The notes: a model not told the origin generated them from the sequence alone. DNA of 64,000 nucleotides from Akkermansiaceae bacterium UBA3385 (GCA_002358905.1 DEPT01000070.1:14866-78865), one strand, 5' to 3'. Shown: positions 1 through 10,710, counted from the stretch's first letter. Program-made: numbers and translations.

Positions 1-3000
1 ATACCCCTTCTATTATTTCAAGCGGACTTCCCAGAGAACCATTAACCAGCGTGAGCTGACCGCTGCCAAGCAGATTAACTCCGGACCAAAGGCCCGGGGA
101 CGAAGCCGTGCCCAGACGAACCACACAATCTGTATCAATGACTAAATTACCTTTAGTATCGTTCTGTCCTGTCAGCACCAGCGCACCACTGCCTTGCTGG
201 CGAAGATTCGCAGAGCCACTCACCACACCGCTCATCTCCACCGCCTCAGAATAACAGAAAGAATAAGTAACATTTGTTCCCGGACTTAGCAGATTGGCTT
301 GTACAAGGCCTTCCCCGGCAATACCATCACCGCCAAATAACCATGTAACGGCAGTAGCACCAGGATGAATGAAGGTTCCGGTGAAGGCACTGACATCGCC
401 ACTCATCGTCATGTTACAGGAAGGCTTGAGTATGAGTTCACCTGAACCACTCACAGCACCTGTAAATGTGTAGGAGCGATTCGTACTGCCATCAAAATAT
501 GTAGTTGTTCCATCCACAATTTCGACATTGGCTGCGGTACTCGTAGTACCCGCAAACCAGAAACGCTGTCCTGCCACCTTGACCAGTGTCCCCGCTCCAC
601 CAAAAGAGTCTCCGGAAGAGAAACAGACGCTCCCGGTCGATGCATTGCCATCTCCGGACAACAAGAGGGTACCGGCAAATGCACTATTGTTACCGCTCAC
701 AGTCATCTGGCCGGAAGGACTGGTCAATTCCAGGGTTCCCGCCCCGGAGATGCTCCCGGCAAGTGTTCCATTGCCGCTCTCTTTGTTGATACTGAGTACA
801 CCTGTCTGCACCGACAGATTACCTGCAAGCGATTCACCCTGCGCCACCCAGTTCAACGACAATGTTCCTTCACCAGATTTTTCCACACCAAGGCTCAGCA
901 CCTGACGCACACCTGCTGCATCTGCCCACTGCACGTCATTCCCATTGGAATCAATCCTGACAGAAGCGAGAGACGCCGCATTTATCTGGGCGCTCAAATC
1001 CGTAGAAACACCTGCTCCGTAGCGCAACAGCCCGCTGTTGAAATAGAGGGAAGACGTTCCGAGTGCATTCGATGCTCCTAGTTCCAGAATGCCACCAGCC
1101 AGCTCGGTTTTTCCGGTAAAGGACGGATTATTCAGATTAAGGTTCAGAAGCGTATCAGCACCACTGATTTTCAGCGTTCCGCTGCTATTGATGCCGATGG
1201 ATTCAGCAGAATCAGGCAAAAAGATATAATGGCCGCTATTGACATTGATTCCCGCTGGCGTCACCTGATTAATCGTAACGGTGCCATCGTTGTTTGCACT
1301 GAAAGTCACTACCTGTCCTCCAGGTCCGGAGCTCGTGGAATTTGCCCATTGAGATGCGGAATCATCACTCCAGGTTGCTGAACCACCTGCCCACAACCAA
1401 GGGACATCGCCCATATTGCCAACGACGAATTGCAACGCATTGCCCTGCACCCTCACATCATAGGTATACTCAGCAGTATCATTTAAGCCGATTGCCGTAA
1501 AGTTGACCGCACTTACCGATGAATCAAGAGCCCAGGCCATCAGATTATAACTGCCTGTAGTCAGATTTTCATATCCATTAACCTGCACACTATAAGAATC
1601 ACCAGCCAAAGAGAGTGTTCCTGCTGTATCCACCATGCTTCCTGTATAATCGGAAATATTGAATGACAAAGAAGAAGACTCCCGCAAAGTTAAATTACCG
1701 GACACTGATAGACGTGCAGATGCATCAGTAATGGCGATACTGCTTAGTGTCGTATCCCCCGAATAGAGAACATTGCCATTTCGTACCTCTGTGCATCCGG
1801 TGTAAGCACACCCTGTACCATTTAAGGACAAGCTCTGTTCTCCAAGCTTGACCAGGCCGAGGCTCAAGCCGGCCACAGGCGTGGCAGAGTCCCTGATATT
1901 ACCCGCGTAATCACCAGAGGAAACGGTAAGCAACAAATGGCCATTACCTTCAGCCTGAACCACGCCGGAAGTACCATTCAAGGCACTGATTTCAGCATCC
2001 GTTGACATGAGAATAAGGCGGGAAGTACTTGTCGACAGTTCAATGGTAGCAGCCGTGGCTGCTGATGAAGAGCTCAAAGCCAGAGTGGTAAGATAATCTC
2101 CGGCCACTTGATATGTACCCTGATATGTATTCTGAAGATTGGTGAGAACGAGTCTGTGGTCAGTTCCAGTATCTGCATTAGCACTTGTCAGTTTCAATAC
2201 GCCGTCCCCTGACACTATTCCATTCCAGACGACATACTTACCGTAGAACATACTCATTTCCGTAACCGCGGATCTGTCGTAATCTGGATTTTCAGATGAA
2301 ACATCCTGCACATTCAAGAAAATATTTCCGAGCCAGTTTACATGACCATCTCGATTGCCGATGGTTGCTCCATTCGCAGTATAAACAGCCGAAGCGAACG
2401 AATTTCCTGTAACTAACCCGGCAGAACCTCCGCCCAGGGAAATCACAAAGGTTCCAGAACTTCCCACTTCAACACGCTGAGCCCCGAGTATTGCTGAACG
2501 CCCCGGGCCGCTGTGATCTGATTTCCTCCCCAGCCCCACATTACCCTGAGCTATATGCAAGGTCCCGGTGAATGATTCCATCGAATTTCCCTGAATGGAG
2601 GCCTTTGATGAGGCGTCCTGCAGAGAGACAACAACCAGCCCCGTACCCGAGATACTACCCAAGGCCAATTCACCTGAAGACGCGGAACCAACACCATTGT
2701 ATGCCTGCAGGGTCAGCATGGCAGAATCTGCAAGTGTTGTTCCTCCTGAAAATCCATTGGCATTTGCTATGGTAAGCGATGTACCTGTCTCCATCGAAAG
2801 TGATGTATCACCGCTAATGCTACCGTTCCCGGAAAAAGAAAATCCACTCCCGCTTACTGTAATGGATGCGGGTTCCACCTGCTCTGTTATATTCACTTGT
2901 TTATCTGATGCAGATGAAGTAAAAGCAACGGCGTCACCTTGACTAAACACCGCAGGCTCGCCATTTAGAAGCCACGATGCATCGGTACTATTCCATGAAC

Positions 3001-3088
3001 CGGAGTTCCATGTAAGAACTGATTTGGCAGGTAAAGCCAGAACAATCAACAACAAAGAGCGCAATAAAAGCGGCAGGTGTACTTTCAT
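1..3088 (-). CDS. Large secreted protein with autotransporter-associated (passenger) beta-strand repeats; partial, 3' end runs off the window
   Basis: Not in the ORF track. Read by hand from ATG 3088: MKVHLPLLLRSLLLIVLALPAKSVLTWNSGSWNSTDASW... It has a signal peptide and a G/S/T/N-rich body with repeats such as LVKLGEQSLSLNGTG and LRQQGSGALVLTGQN. Frame spot-checked, not every codon. Confidence 0.85.
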   Translation of the reverse strand, partial: MKVHLPLLLRSLLLIVLALPAKSVLTWNSGSWNSTDASWLLNGEPAVFSQGDAVAFTSSASDKQVNITEQVEPASITVSGSGFSFSGNGSISGDTSLSMETGTSLTIANANGFSGGTTLADSAMLTLQAYNGVGSASSGELALGSISGTGLVVVSLQDASSKASIQGNSMESFTGTLHIAQGNVGLGRKSDHSGPGRSAILGAQRVEVGSSGTFVISLGGGSAGLVTGNSFASAVYTANGATIGNRDGHVNWLGNIFLNVQDVSSENPDYDRSAVTEMSMFYGKYVVWNGIVSGDGVLKLTSANADTGTDHRLVLTNLQNTYQGTYQVAGDYLTTLALSSSSAATAATIELSTSTSRLILMSTDAEISALNGTSGVVQAEGNGHLLLTVSSGDYAGNIRDSATPVAGLSLGLVKLGEQSLSLNGTGCAYTGCTEVRNGNVLYSGDTTLSSIAITDASARLSVSGNLTLRESSSLSFNISDYTGSMVDTAGTLSLAGDSYSVQVNGYENLTTGSYNLMAWALDSSVSAVNFTAIGLNDTAEYTYDVRVQGNALQFVVGNMGDVPWLWAGGSATWSDDSASQWANSTSSGPGGQVVTFSANNDGTVTINQVTPAGINVNSGHYIFLPDSAESIGINSSGTLKISGADTLLNLNLNNPSFTGKTELAGGILELGASNALGTSSLYFNSGLLRYGAGVSTDLSAQINAASLASVRIDSNGNDVQWADAAGVRQVLSLGVEKSGEGTLSLNWVAQGESLAGNLSVQTGVLSINKESGNGTLAGSISGAGTLELTSPSGQMTVSGNNSAFAGTLLLSGDGNASTGSVCFSSGDSFGGAGTLVKVAGQRFWFAGTTSTAANVEIVDGTTTYFDGSTNRSYTFTGAVSGSGELILKPSCNMTMSGDVSAFTGTFIHPGATAVTWLFGGDGIAGEGLVQANLLSPGTNVTYSFCYSEAVEMSGVVSGSANLRQQGSGALVLTGQNDTKGNLVIDTDCVVRLGTASSPGLWSGVNLLGSGQLTLVNGSLGSPLEIIEGV

Positions 3089-3150
3089 ATACCGCACTTT
3101 AGCACAGTCTTGCTCCGGTTCAAGATGTTTGACCTATCAATTAGCAAGGT

Positions 3151-3186
3151 AAAAAGAACCGCGCATTTCCCATCAGAAATGCGCGG
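3151..3186 (-). terminator. Intrinsic terminator of the PilX-like gene
   Basis: Stem ccgcgcatttc / gaaatgcgcgg (3159-3186), with an A-run at 3151-3155 that reads as a U-tract on the minus strand. Confidence 0.7.
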
Positions 3187-3211
3187 ACTGAAATCGATGT
3201 ATGTACACCCG

Positions 3212-6200
3212 TCAGATATCCCAGTTGTCCAGCCACTTAAAGGATACGATACGGAACTGGCGTCCCATGACCTTATTAGTATTAGTAAGGCCTTTACCCT
3301 TTGTACCATCGGGATTATATTCGGCATCCTGAGGATTGTTGCTCGGATCAACGTAATCCATTGTACGCTGTACAACAGCCTCGCACCATGCCTGCGCAAG
3401 GATAGCCTTATTGGGATTACGTACGCAACCATAGGAACGCACGGTGAACGTATCATCACGCACTGTCAGAATATTGCCAAGAGAAGCCAGCACGTCACTC
3501 TGAATCAGATAACCGGGAGCAGCAGTATGCAGAGAACCCATACTTGCCTGCGAGTTCTTATACATGTTGCCCTTTTTCTCCGGTACCTGAACCTCATTGA
3601 AATCGCGGTTAATATCGGTAGCATCAATGGCGGCCTGAAGAGCACCCTTAAGGCCGTTCTCGCCCTCCTCCAGACGACGATTGATGAAATCGGACATACT
3701 CAGGAACGGCCCACGCTTGCGAACCTGCTCCACCATTTTCTCTGCAAGCTGACGAATTCCCTCGGATTCCAGCATACGCACCTCGCCCCATGCAGAAGCA
3801 AGACCACCGCTACTCTCACGCAATACGGCAGAGCCCTGCATCATGCTATAACCGCCCAGGCTATCCGTACTCTTATCTGTTGTAGACAGCATGAAACGAG
3901 AGAACACCACCTGGTTATCACTCTTGCCAGATTCAACATAGGCCAATTGATCGTCCTTCCTGGTAACCAGCTTTCGCTTAGCAAGCCCCTGCAGAGCAGC
4001 AGCCCATGCCTCTACGGAGATAGAGTTCACATTGAAACCGCCATCAATCATCAAGTACTGGGCAATATGCTTCCAGCCATCCTCGGCCATAATACGCGAT
4101 ACAACCTGACTGTTGTCATAGGGTGTATTAACACGCTTGTAGCGAGAAACCGGGAGCTCATCTTTTCCATTAATAAAATTGTTGAAAACCGTCGCAGCAT
4201 CAATCTTGCCACTACGTTCAGGCATGTCAGAAACAGAAGAGCAGAACCAGCGGTCCCACATGGAATCGTTTATCAACAAACCGTGGTCAAAGAAATCTCC
4301 GAACAGGCGACTATTGGAAGTCAGATCGCTCGATTCTGTCTCGTTCTGGAAATACGTGTACACATCCGTTGCAGGCAGGCACGGGTCAGCAAAAGCATTA
4401 CCTATACCAACACCGGGCACGCCAGCCTGATACTGCATGCGGCGCAGTGCGGCCTGAGTTGCATATTGACCACTGGCGTTTGCCTTGTACCAACCGGGCT
4501 GCAGACGCATACCCGCGAAACCAGCAAGCGAGAACGGGGGATGGACCGGAAGCTCCATCACAGAGGCAAAGGAAACCTGCTCACCTTCACTTGTTACGCC
4601 AAGGCAGCCATTGCGACCAATGTTATCCATAGGGGAGCTATCCATACCGGCACTCACGCGAAGAGCCGCCACCTGATAGGGATGATACTGGCGCATCTGA
4701 TCATCCGGCTTCACCAACGCACCACCCCAGAATGCAGGGCTGGAATGCTGCCAGACCTTGGCGCGATAATCTCCCGGGAAAATTGTCGAAATGGAATTAG
4801 AACCTGCGGACTTAGGCACAATACCCACAGCACCGATATAATAGGGGACATCTTCATCCCCCTGTGTACCATCAGAACTCCAGGTACCTTCACAGAACTG
4901 AGTCTCGCTCTCGCCCACTTCAACCGGATCATACCAACCCAGAATGAAACGCTGAGGTGTAATGCCACGCTTGTTATTGGCTGTATTACTACCATCGGCT
5001 CCACCACAGCCATTGTAGCCGGCAAACACAGTAAGACACTCAGGGTGTTTAGGTGCAAACCACTTACCGTCCGTTCCGCCGCTATTGGGGTCACCCTTCC
5101 CCAGACGCAACTTCACAAGATACTTACCTTCAGCAATTTCCTTATTTCCCTTATTAGAATAGAAAACAGCCTTGGTACCTGCCACGGCCTGAGGATTGTA
5201 GCTTGGGATAAAAGGATTCGCATAAGGGCGATTCTCCGCGCTACCTACTACGCGGGCCTTACTCGGGGAGAAGAACACCACCTCGCCCGGCTCAAAGATA
5301 ATATCTTCGTCCTGCGCACCTTCCTTGGCGCTGAAGTACTCACCGTAGTCGCTACCATAACGCCCCTGGTCCATGAGGTAGTTTCGCCACTGATAATTGA
5401 ACGTGCCGTAGTCAGCAACGCAATATGTATCAATCCACGTTGTCTTATACGGCAACGACTGAGCCCACAACTGGCGGCTTCGTATTTTCATCGGGACATT
5501 GTACGGATTCCACCACAGGAACATGGGGGCAAAACACATGCGCATGTCGTAGTTTCCGGAACCTCCTTCAGTCGGAGTCGTTACCAGACCGAAGTTGGAC
5601 ATAAATGCCAGCATAACCGGAGTTCGGGCATAACCGGCAGAATCGCCACCCAATTCCAGCATACTGCGGGTATCATAGAAAGTCTGGCCATCACTAGACC
5701 CCTGTGCACGTTCCGGATCTGCATTATATTCAAGGCTGCTATCAAAAGCAGAGCCACTCATGCGGGTATATGCCTTCCCGAGATCGCCAAGAAGACGGGC
5801 AGTAAAGTTCTGAGCATCCTTGGCCGTACCATCAGGCCAGCAGTTGTAATAAGCATGCAGATTCTGCCAGGAACCAATGGGCATATCAGCCTCCGTACCT
5901 TGCGGCACCTGCTGATTATCAGCAATGGGGCAATCCTGATTGGAACGAGCTTCAAACTCTGTTCCCTTCAGAGTCTTCTTGTTCAAGAGAAGGCAGAGGT
6001 CCTGCTTGAACCCGCCCATGCTCACATTGATGGGCAGAGAATATGACGTAGTGGTCACGTCAAAGAAGTAAGGCATACCTGCAGCCTGGGAAGAAGACCC
6101 GACCAATGGCAGAGAAGCCAGTGTAACAATGCGAGCCGGCTCTTCAATATCACCTGGCAGGAAATCCAGGTCACGATTATCGACAAAGCGAGGAGCAGGA

Positions 6201-6913
6201 GTATCCCAAGTGCGATGCAAGGCCTCATATACATCAGCAGGGTCCTTACGAGTCTGAACAGAAACCTTGGCTTTCTGGTTTTCACCGCCTATCCACCAGG
6301 CAAAACAGGCTTCATTCTTGCCGCTTGCCGGCATCTTCAGCAGGTCAGCATACACATAGTGCTGAGCAGACAGTGATTTACCCAAGGTTCCTTCGCCAAC
6401 CATACAGATACGCTGCCCCGGAGCACGTGTGCACAACTGGTCTGCAGCATTCATTGTACGGGTCGCATTTACATCGCGAGAAGAAATCAACCAGCGGCGG
6501 AACATATCCGCACGGCCACGGGAATATGTACTATTGATTTTCTCCGCTTTTCCCGTAACGCTCCGGCCATAAATCGGGCCGTCCCAGCTATTCCACACGC
6601 CAAGAAGGTGCTGTGCTTTACCGCCATCATTATCGCTGAGAATACCGGAACTGGCAGAAACGCGCTGGTCAGGGCCCAGTTCTACCTGCAATTCGCCAAT
6701 GGCGGCATCCAGCCCCACCAGAGCCTGCTGACGGGCTTCTGCCTGAAGCATGGTTTGCAAGGCAATTCTATTCTGGGAAGCAGCCGTTGCCATGATGGCC
6801 ACTGCAAGCATAGCCAGCAGCATCATCAGGGTGAGCGTAGCAATCAGCGCAAAGCCCTTCTTCGGGCGTTTACGCAAAGCGATGGAGAGGGATCGTGCTT
6901 GTCTCAATTTCAT
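3212..6913 (-). CDS. Large PilX/GspK-like minor-pilin protein resembling Verru_Chthon cassette protein A
   Basis: N-terminal class III signal KKG|FALIATLTLMMLLAMLAV with no Glu at +5. C-terminal family-like motifs include FNVNS.SVEAW.A.L, RGPFLS.SDFINR, RDDTF.VR.YG and GR.F.IVSFKWL. Start set to ATG 6913 (ORF track gives 6949). Confidence 0.75.
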   Translation of the reverse strand: MKLRQARSLSIALRKRPKKGFALIATLTLMMLLAMLAVAIMATAASQNRIALQTMLQAEARQQALVGLDAAIGELQVELGPDQRVSASSGILSDNDGGKAQHLLGVWNSWDGPIYGRSVTGKAEKINSTYSRGRADMFRRWLISSRDVNATRTMNAADQLCTRAPGQRICMVGEGTLGKSLSAQHYVYADLLKMPASGKNEACFAWWIGGENQKAKVSVQTRKDPADVYEALHRTWDTPAPRFVDNRDLDFLPGDIEEPARIVTLASLPLVGSSSQAAGMPYFFDVTTTSYSLPINVSMGGFKQDLCLLLNKKTLKGTEFEARSNQDCPIADNQQVPQGTEADMPIGSWQNLHAYYNCWPDGTAKDAQNFTARLLGDLGKAYTRMSGSAFDSSLEYNADPERAQGSSDGQTFYDTRSMLELGGDSAGYARTPVMLAFMSNFGLVTTPTEGGSGNYDMRMCFAPMFLWWNPYNVPMKIRSRQLWAQSLPYKTTWIDTYCVADYGTFNYQWRNYLMDQGRYGSDYGEYFSAKEGAQDEDIIFEPGEVVFFSPSKARVVGSAENRPYANPFIPSYNPQAVAGTKAVFYSNKGNKEIAEGKYLVKLRLGKGDPNSGGTDGKWFAPKHPECLTVFAGYNGCGGADGSNTANNKRGITPQRFILGWYDPVEVGESETQFCEGTWSSDGTQGDEDVPYYIGAVGIVPKSAGSNSISTIFPGDYRAKVWQHSSPAFWGGALVKPDDQMRQYHPYQVAALRVSAGMDSSPMDNIGRNGCLGVTSEGEQVSFASVMELPVHPPFSLAGFAGMRLQPGWYKANASGQYATQAALRRMQYQAGVPGVGIGNAFADPCLPATDVYTYFQNETESSDLTSNSRLFGDFFDHGLLINDSMWDRWFCSSVSDMPERSGKIDAATVFNNFINGKDELPVSRYKRVNTPYDNSQVVSRIMAEDGWKHIAQYLMIDGGFNVNSISVEAWAAALQGLAKRKLVTRKDDQLAYVESGKSDNQVVFSRFMLSTTDKSTDSLGGYSMMQGSAVLRESSGGLASAWGEVRMLESEGIRQLAEKMVEQVRKRGPFLSMSDFINRRLEEGENGLKGALQAAIDATDINRDFNEVQVPEKKGNMYKNSQASMGSLHTAAPGYLIQSDVLASLGNILTVRDDTFTVRSYGCVRNPNKAILAQAWCEAVVQRTMDYVDPSNNPQDAEYNPDGTKGKGLTNTNKVMGRQFRIVSFKWLDNWDI

Positions 6914-7066
6914 AACACAAAATGCGAGGACTCTACTACTATACACCACCCACCCGACGCGTCAAGCAAAAACGGATGATTCCGGCCGCCAAATTGCGCT
7001 TTCATGAGGCATGCCCAAAAACAGGATTGAACGAAGCCCTTAGCTATGCTACAATTCACGCACGTT

Positions 7067-8131
7067 ATGACATTAGAGGAGCTGAGACAGCAGATTGACT
7101 ACATCGATGCGCAGTTAGTGGAACTACTCAAGCAGCGAGCAGCATGTGTGCACGAAGTCGGCGAAATCAAAAAAGAAACCAAAGCTCCCACATTTGTGCC
7201 GGAGCGCGAAAGCGCCCTCATCGCGAAGCTTCTCAAGCTTAATAACGGAGTTCTCCCGGAAAAGAGTCTGTTGAGCATCTGGCGGCAGATTGTCAGCTGC
7301 TCATTCCACCTGGAGGGAAATATGCGTATCGGGTACCTCGGTCCGGAGGGAACCTGGAGCCACCAGGCTGCATTAAGCCGATTTGGAGACAGCGTGGAGC
7401 TCGTTCCCTACGCAACCTTTGACCACATATTCTCTGCAGTAGAACGCAACGAGGTCAATTACGGTGTCATTCCGCTGGAAAACAGCACGCATGGAAATGT
7501 GGTGCAAGCCATGGATATTTTTGCACGCACCACACTGCGCATCTGCGCCCAGGTACACCAGGGGGTGCAACATTGTCTCATGGCCAATATCCCGGCAAAA
7601 GACATCCGCACTATCTATTCTCACCCTCAGGTTCTGGGGCAATGCAGCCAGTGGATTCAGAAGAACTATCCGCACGCAGAGCAAATTCCCACAGCCAGCA
7701 CTACCGTAGCAGCCCGCATGGCCGTCGATAAGGCAGATGAGGGAGCAGCCGCCCTGGGGAGTCCGCTCGCCGCACAACTGCACGGTCTCAATATCCTGGC
7801 CGAACAGGTGCAGGATGTTGCCTCCAACACCACACGTTTTGTGGTAATCGGCACACAGACCACCAAGCCCAGCGGTCAGGACCGGACCACCATTTGCTTT
7901 ACCGTACCAAACAAATCCGGCAGTCTGGTTGATGTGCTGGAACATTTCCGTTCGCATGGAATTAACATTTTCTGTCTGGATTCCCGCCCGTGCCGCGACC
8001 GTGCCTGGGAATATCTCTTCTACATTGATGTGGACGGACACGAAGAGCAGGAACCGCTGCGAAGCTGTCTGGCTGAGCTGAAAGAAGAATGCCCGGTGCT
8101 CAAGGTGCTTGGTTCCTACCCGGAAAAATAA
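7067..8131 (+). CDS. pheA: Bifunctional chorismate mutase / prephenate dehydratase (P-protein)
   Basis: CM domain LEELRQQIDYID; PDT motifs YLGPEGT, PLENST, SHPQ, NTTRF; ACT domain with SRP, EYLFYID and LGSYP. Confidence 0.95.
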   Translation: MTLEELRQQIDYIDAQLVELLKQRAACVHEVGEIKKETKAPTFVPERESALIAKLLKLNNGVLPEKSLLSIWRQIVSCSFHLEGNMRIGYLGPEGTWSHQAALSRFGDSVELVPYATFDHIFSAVERNEVNYGVIPLENSTHGNVVQAMDIFARTTLRICAQVHQGVQHCLMANIPAKDIRTIYSHPQVLGQCSQWIQKNYPHAEQIPTASTTVAARMAVDKADEGAAALGSPLAAQLHGLNILAEQVQDVASNTTRFVVIGTQTTKPSGQDRTTICFTVPNKSGSLVDVLEHFRSHGINIFCLDSRPCRDRAWEYLFYIDVDGHEEQEPLRSCLAELKEECPVLKVLGSYPEK

Positions 8132-8143
8132 CACATTACCGCC

Positions 8144-9121
8144 ATGTCTTTTAATCTGGAACAAGCCCGGCAACTTCTGCTGCACGCCAGCCGCAGCGGG
8201 CGCCTGCCTCATGCCCTTCTGCTCACCGGAACCCCGACGGCCGGCACCCACCGCCTTGCCCTGGATCTGGCGCATGAACTGAACGGCACCCGCGCCGATA
8301 CCTTGGAATCCCTGCGCCACCCCATGTGCCGGGTGCTGCGCCCTGGTTCCAAAAGCCGCAAAATTCTCATTGAGGATATACGCGGAGTAGAGCCCTTTCT
8401 TGCACTGCGAGCGGATGCCGGTGAAACCAAGCTGGTCATTATTCTGGAAGCAGACCGCATGATGGAGGAAGCAGCCAATGCCTTCCTGAAAACCCTGGAA
8501 GAGCCACCTCCCCAGACAGTCATCATCCTGATTACAGAGCAACCCAGCAGATTGCTCACCACCATCCTTTCCCGCTGCGTACGTGTACCCCTGCATGAAC
8601 AGGGTAACAGTCTGCACCTCTCCGAAGCCCAACAAGCATTTCTGCCGGCGGTAGCCGCAGCACTTTCCCTCATAGGCAGCGATGTGGCAGCCCTTGCCCT
8701 GCGGGCCGATTTTCAGGCATTGCTTACAACACGCAAGGAACAAATCAGCAAGCGACTCACAGCTGCCATCAAAGCCGAAGCCAAAGCAATCGCCGAAGGT
8801 ACCGATATCCGAGACTGGGAAAGCCGCCAGAAAGATGCCACAGCAGCCCTTATCGAAACGGAATACCTGGCCGAGCGTGAACAGATGCTGGAGCTTCTCT
8901 CCCTCTGCCTGGGACAGGCCGTTCTTCTGGCATCCAATGCGCCGGATGTGCATCCCATCACGCCAGAAATTGCAGAACTGGCGGGCAAACGCAGCGTAGC
9001 AGACCTTCTTCTGCGCATGCGTGCGCTGGAAGCGCTGCGTACTGACCTCAATTTCAATGTAAACGAGGCACTCACCCTCGATTCTCACCTACTTAATATC
9101 ATCGGTAATAACACGTTATGA
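8144..9121 (+). CDS. holB: DNA polymerase III subunit delta'
   Basis: GRLPHALLLTG, ADRM..EAANAFLKTLEEPP and TILSRC motifs. Confidence 0.9.
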   Translation: MSFNLEQARQLLLHASRSGRLPHALLLTGTPTAGTHRLALDLAHELNGTRADTLESLRHPMCRVLRPGSKSRKILIEDIRGVEPFLALRADAGETKLVIILEADRMMEEAANAFLKTLEEPPPQTVIILITEQPSRLLTTILSRCVRVPLHEQGNSLHLSEAQQAFLPAVAAALSLIGSDVAALALRADFQALLTTRKEQISKRLTAAIKAEAKAIAEGTDIRDWESRQKDATAALIETEYLAEREQMLELLSLCLGQAVLLASNAPDVHPITPEIAELAGKRSVADLLLRMRALEALRTDLNFNVNEALTLDSHLLNIIGNNTL

Positions 9122-9993
9122 ACAGCATGACTGGATTCGGAGCCGCCACGGCTCCCCTGGGTGGCTCTTCCATCCGGGTTGAAATCAGCGGAGTCAACCG
9201 CAAGCAGACAGAAATAGCCGTTGCCCTGCCCCGCGCCTGGGCCGCCCTGGAAACCAGCATTCGCGATATCGTGGCCGGTTCCGTTTCCCGTGGCCGAGTC
9301 AATGTTTCCCTTACCCTACAGCAGACACCGGGCGGCGCAGGAACTCTGAGCCTGAATCGAGACAAGCTGGCAGGGCTCACCGCCACCATTGCGGAAGCAG
9401 AGTCCGTGCTCGGAAAGGGCGTCGATACCTCTCTGGATGCCCTGCTGCGGCTCGGCATTATCTCCGAAGAAACAGAAACAGAGCTTCCGATGGAAGACGT
9501 ACAGGAAGCTGCAGAACCGGCCGTTCGCGAAGCCTTGCAGGCATTCATCGACCTGCGCGCACAGGAAGGAGCCAACATGAAGCAAGACCTGCTCAAGCGT
9601 ATTGATACCCTTAGAAACTTCCGGAATGAGCTGATGAACCGGGCTGCCGGCGTCGCCACTCGCCACCGCGAAGTCCTGCTGAAGCGACTGGCTGAGAGTG
9701 GCCTTCCCTTACCCATGGATGACGAACGCATCATCAAGGAAATTGCACTCTTTGCTGATAGATGCGATGTTTCGGAAGAAATGACCCGACTGGAATCCCA
9801 CCTCAACCAGTTCGTAAAAATATGTGATAAGGACGAACCCGTAGGACGAACGCTCGATTTCCTCTGCCAGGAAATTTTCCGCGAACTCAACACCACCGGC
9901 TCCAAGGCAAATGATGCAGAGCTGGCTCAGCTGGTAGTCACAGCCAAAACAGAGCTTGAAAAAATCCGTGAACAGGTACAGAACATCGAATAA
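9118..9993 (+). CDS. yicC: YicC/YloC family endoribonuclease
   Basis: MNSMTGFG start, DVSEE..RL.SH, GRTLDFL.QE..RELNT.GSK and EKIREQVQNIE; lies directly upstream of gmk as usual. Confidence 0.95.
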   Translation: MNSMTGFGAATAPLGGSSIRVEISGVNRKQTEIAVALPRAWAALETSIRDIVAGSVSRGRVNVSLTLQQTPGGAGTLSLNRDKLAGLTATIAEAESVLGKGVDTSLDALLRLGIISEETETELPMEDVQEAAEPAVREALQAFIDLRAQEGANMKQDLLKRIDTLRNFRNELMNRAAGVATRHREVLLKRLAESGLPLPMDDERIIKEIALFADRCDVSEEMTRLESHLNQFVKICDKDEPVGRTLDFLCQEIFRELNTTGSKANDAELAQLVVTAKTELEKIREQVQNIE

Positions 9994-10019
9994 TTCACCC
10001 CTCACATTCTACAGAACCC

Positions 10020-10598
10020 ATGCTTGGCACACTTCTCATCGTATCCGGCCCCTCCGGCAGTGGTAAGACAACCCTTTGCCGCCGTGCAGAAAAAGACGGG
10101 CTCACTGCATACTCCATATCCTGCACCACTCGCCAGCCCCGCCCAGGTGAGCAAGATGGCGTAGACTACCACTTCCTTACTCCTGAAACCTTTGCAGCCA
10201 AAGTTGCAGCGGGCGAATTCCTGGAACACGCCACCGTTCACGGCAATAGCTACGGTACCCTCAAGAGTGATATCATTGACCTGCTGCAAGCCGGCAAAAA
10301 CGTGGTGATGGATATCGATGTGCAAGGAGCCGCCAGCATCCGCGCCTGTGACGATGACATCATTCGCCGCGCCTATGCCGATGTATACATCCATGTACCC
10401 TCGGACGAATTGGAGGCACGACTCCGCGGCCGCCAGACAGATGCCGAGGATGTCATTCAGCTGAGACTGCACAATGCCGCAGAAGAAGACGCGCGCATGA
10501 AAGAATACCAGTTCTGCCTGGTCTCCGCTGATCGAGAAAGCGACTACTCCCGCTTTACTGCTCTGCTCACCACTCTGGGTATGCGCACAACATTGTAA
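10020..10598 (+). CDS. gmk: Guanylate kinase
   Basis: P-loop GPSGSGKTT, SCTTRQPRPGEQDGVDYHF, YGT and DIDVQGA. Confidence 0.97.
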   Translation: MLGTLLIVSGPSGSGKTTLCRRAEKDGLTAYSISCTTRQPRPGEQDGVDYHFLTPETFAAKVAAGEFLEHATVHGNSYGTLKSDIIDLLQAGKNVVMDIDVQGAASIRACDDDIIRRAYADVYIHVPSDELEARLRGRQTDAEDVIQLRLHNAAEEDARMKEYQFCLVSADRESDYSRFTALLTTLGMRTTL

Positions 10599-10616
10599 AT
10601 ATTCAGGATAAACATT

Positions 10617-10663
10617 AAAATGCATCATGCCGACTGTTTACACCAGTCGGCATGATGCATTTT
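10617..10663. terminator. Bidirectional intrinsic terminator between gmk and the convergent thioredoxin-like gene
   Basis: Perfect 20-bp inverted repeat aaaatgcatcatgccgactg / cagtcggcatgatgcatttt with a 7-nt loop. Confidence 0.85.
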
Positions 10664-10710
10664 GACGACCAAAGAAAAACCTGTGCCCTCTGAGGCACAG
10701 GCTGAAAAAC

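Noticed and set aside
3077..6046. 989-aa + strand ORF
   Set aside because: It is antisense to the PilX-like gene, has no recognisable motifs, and its composition is typical of a shadow frame.
7373..9088. 571-aa minus-strand ORF over pheA and holB
   Set aside because: It is antisense to two confidently identified housekeeping genes.
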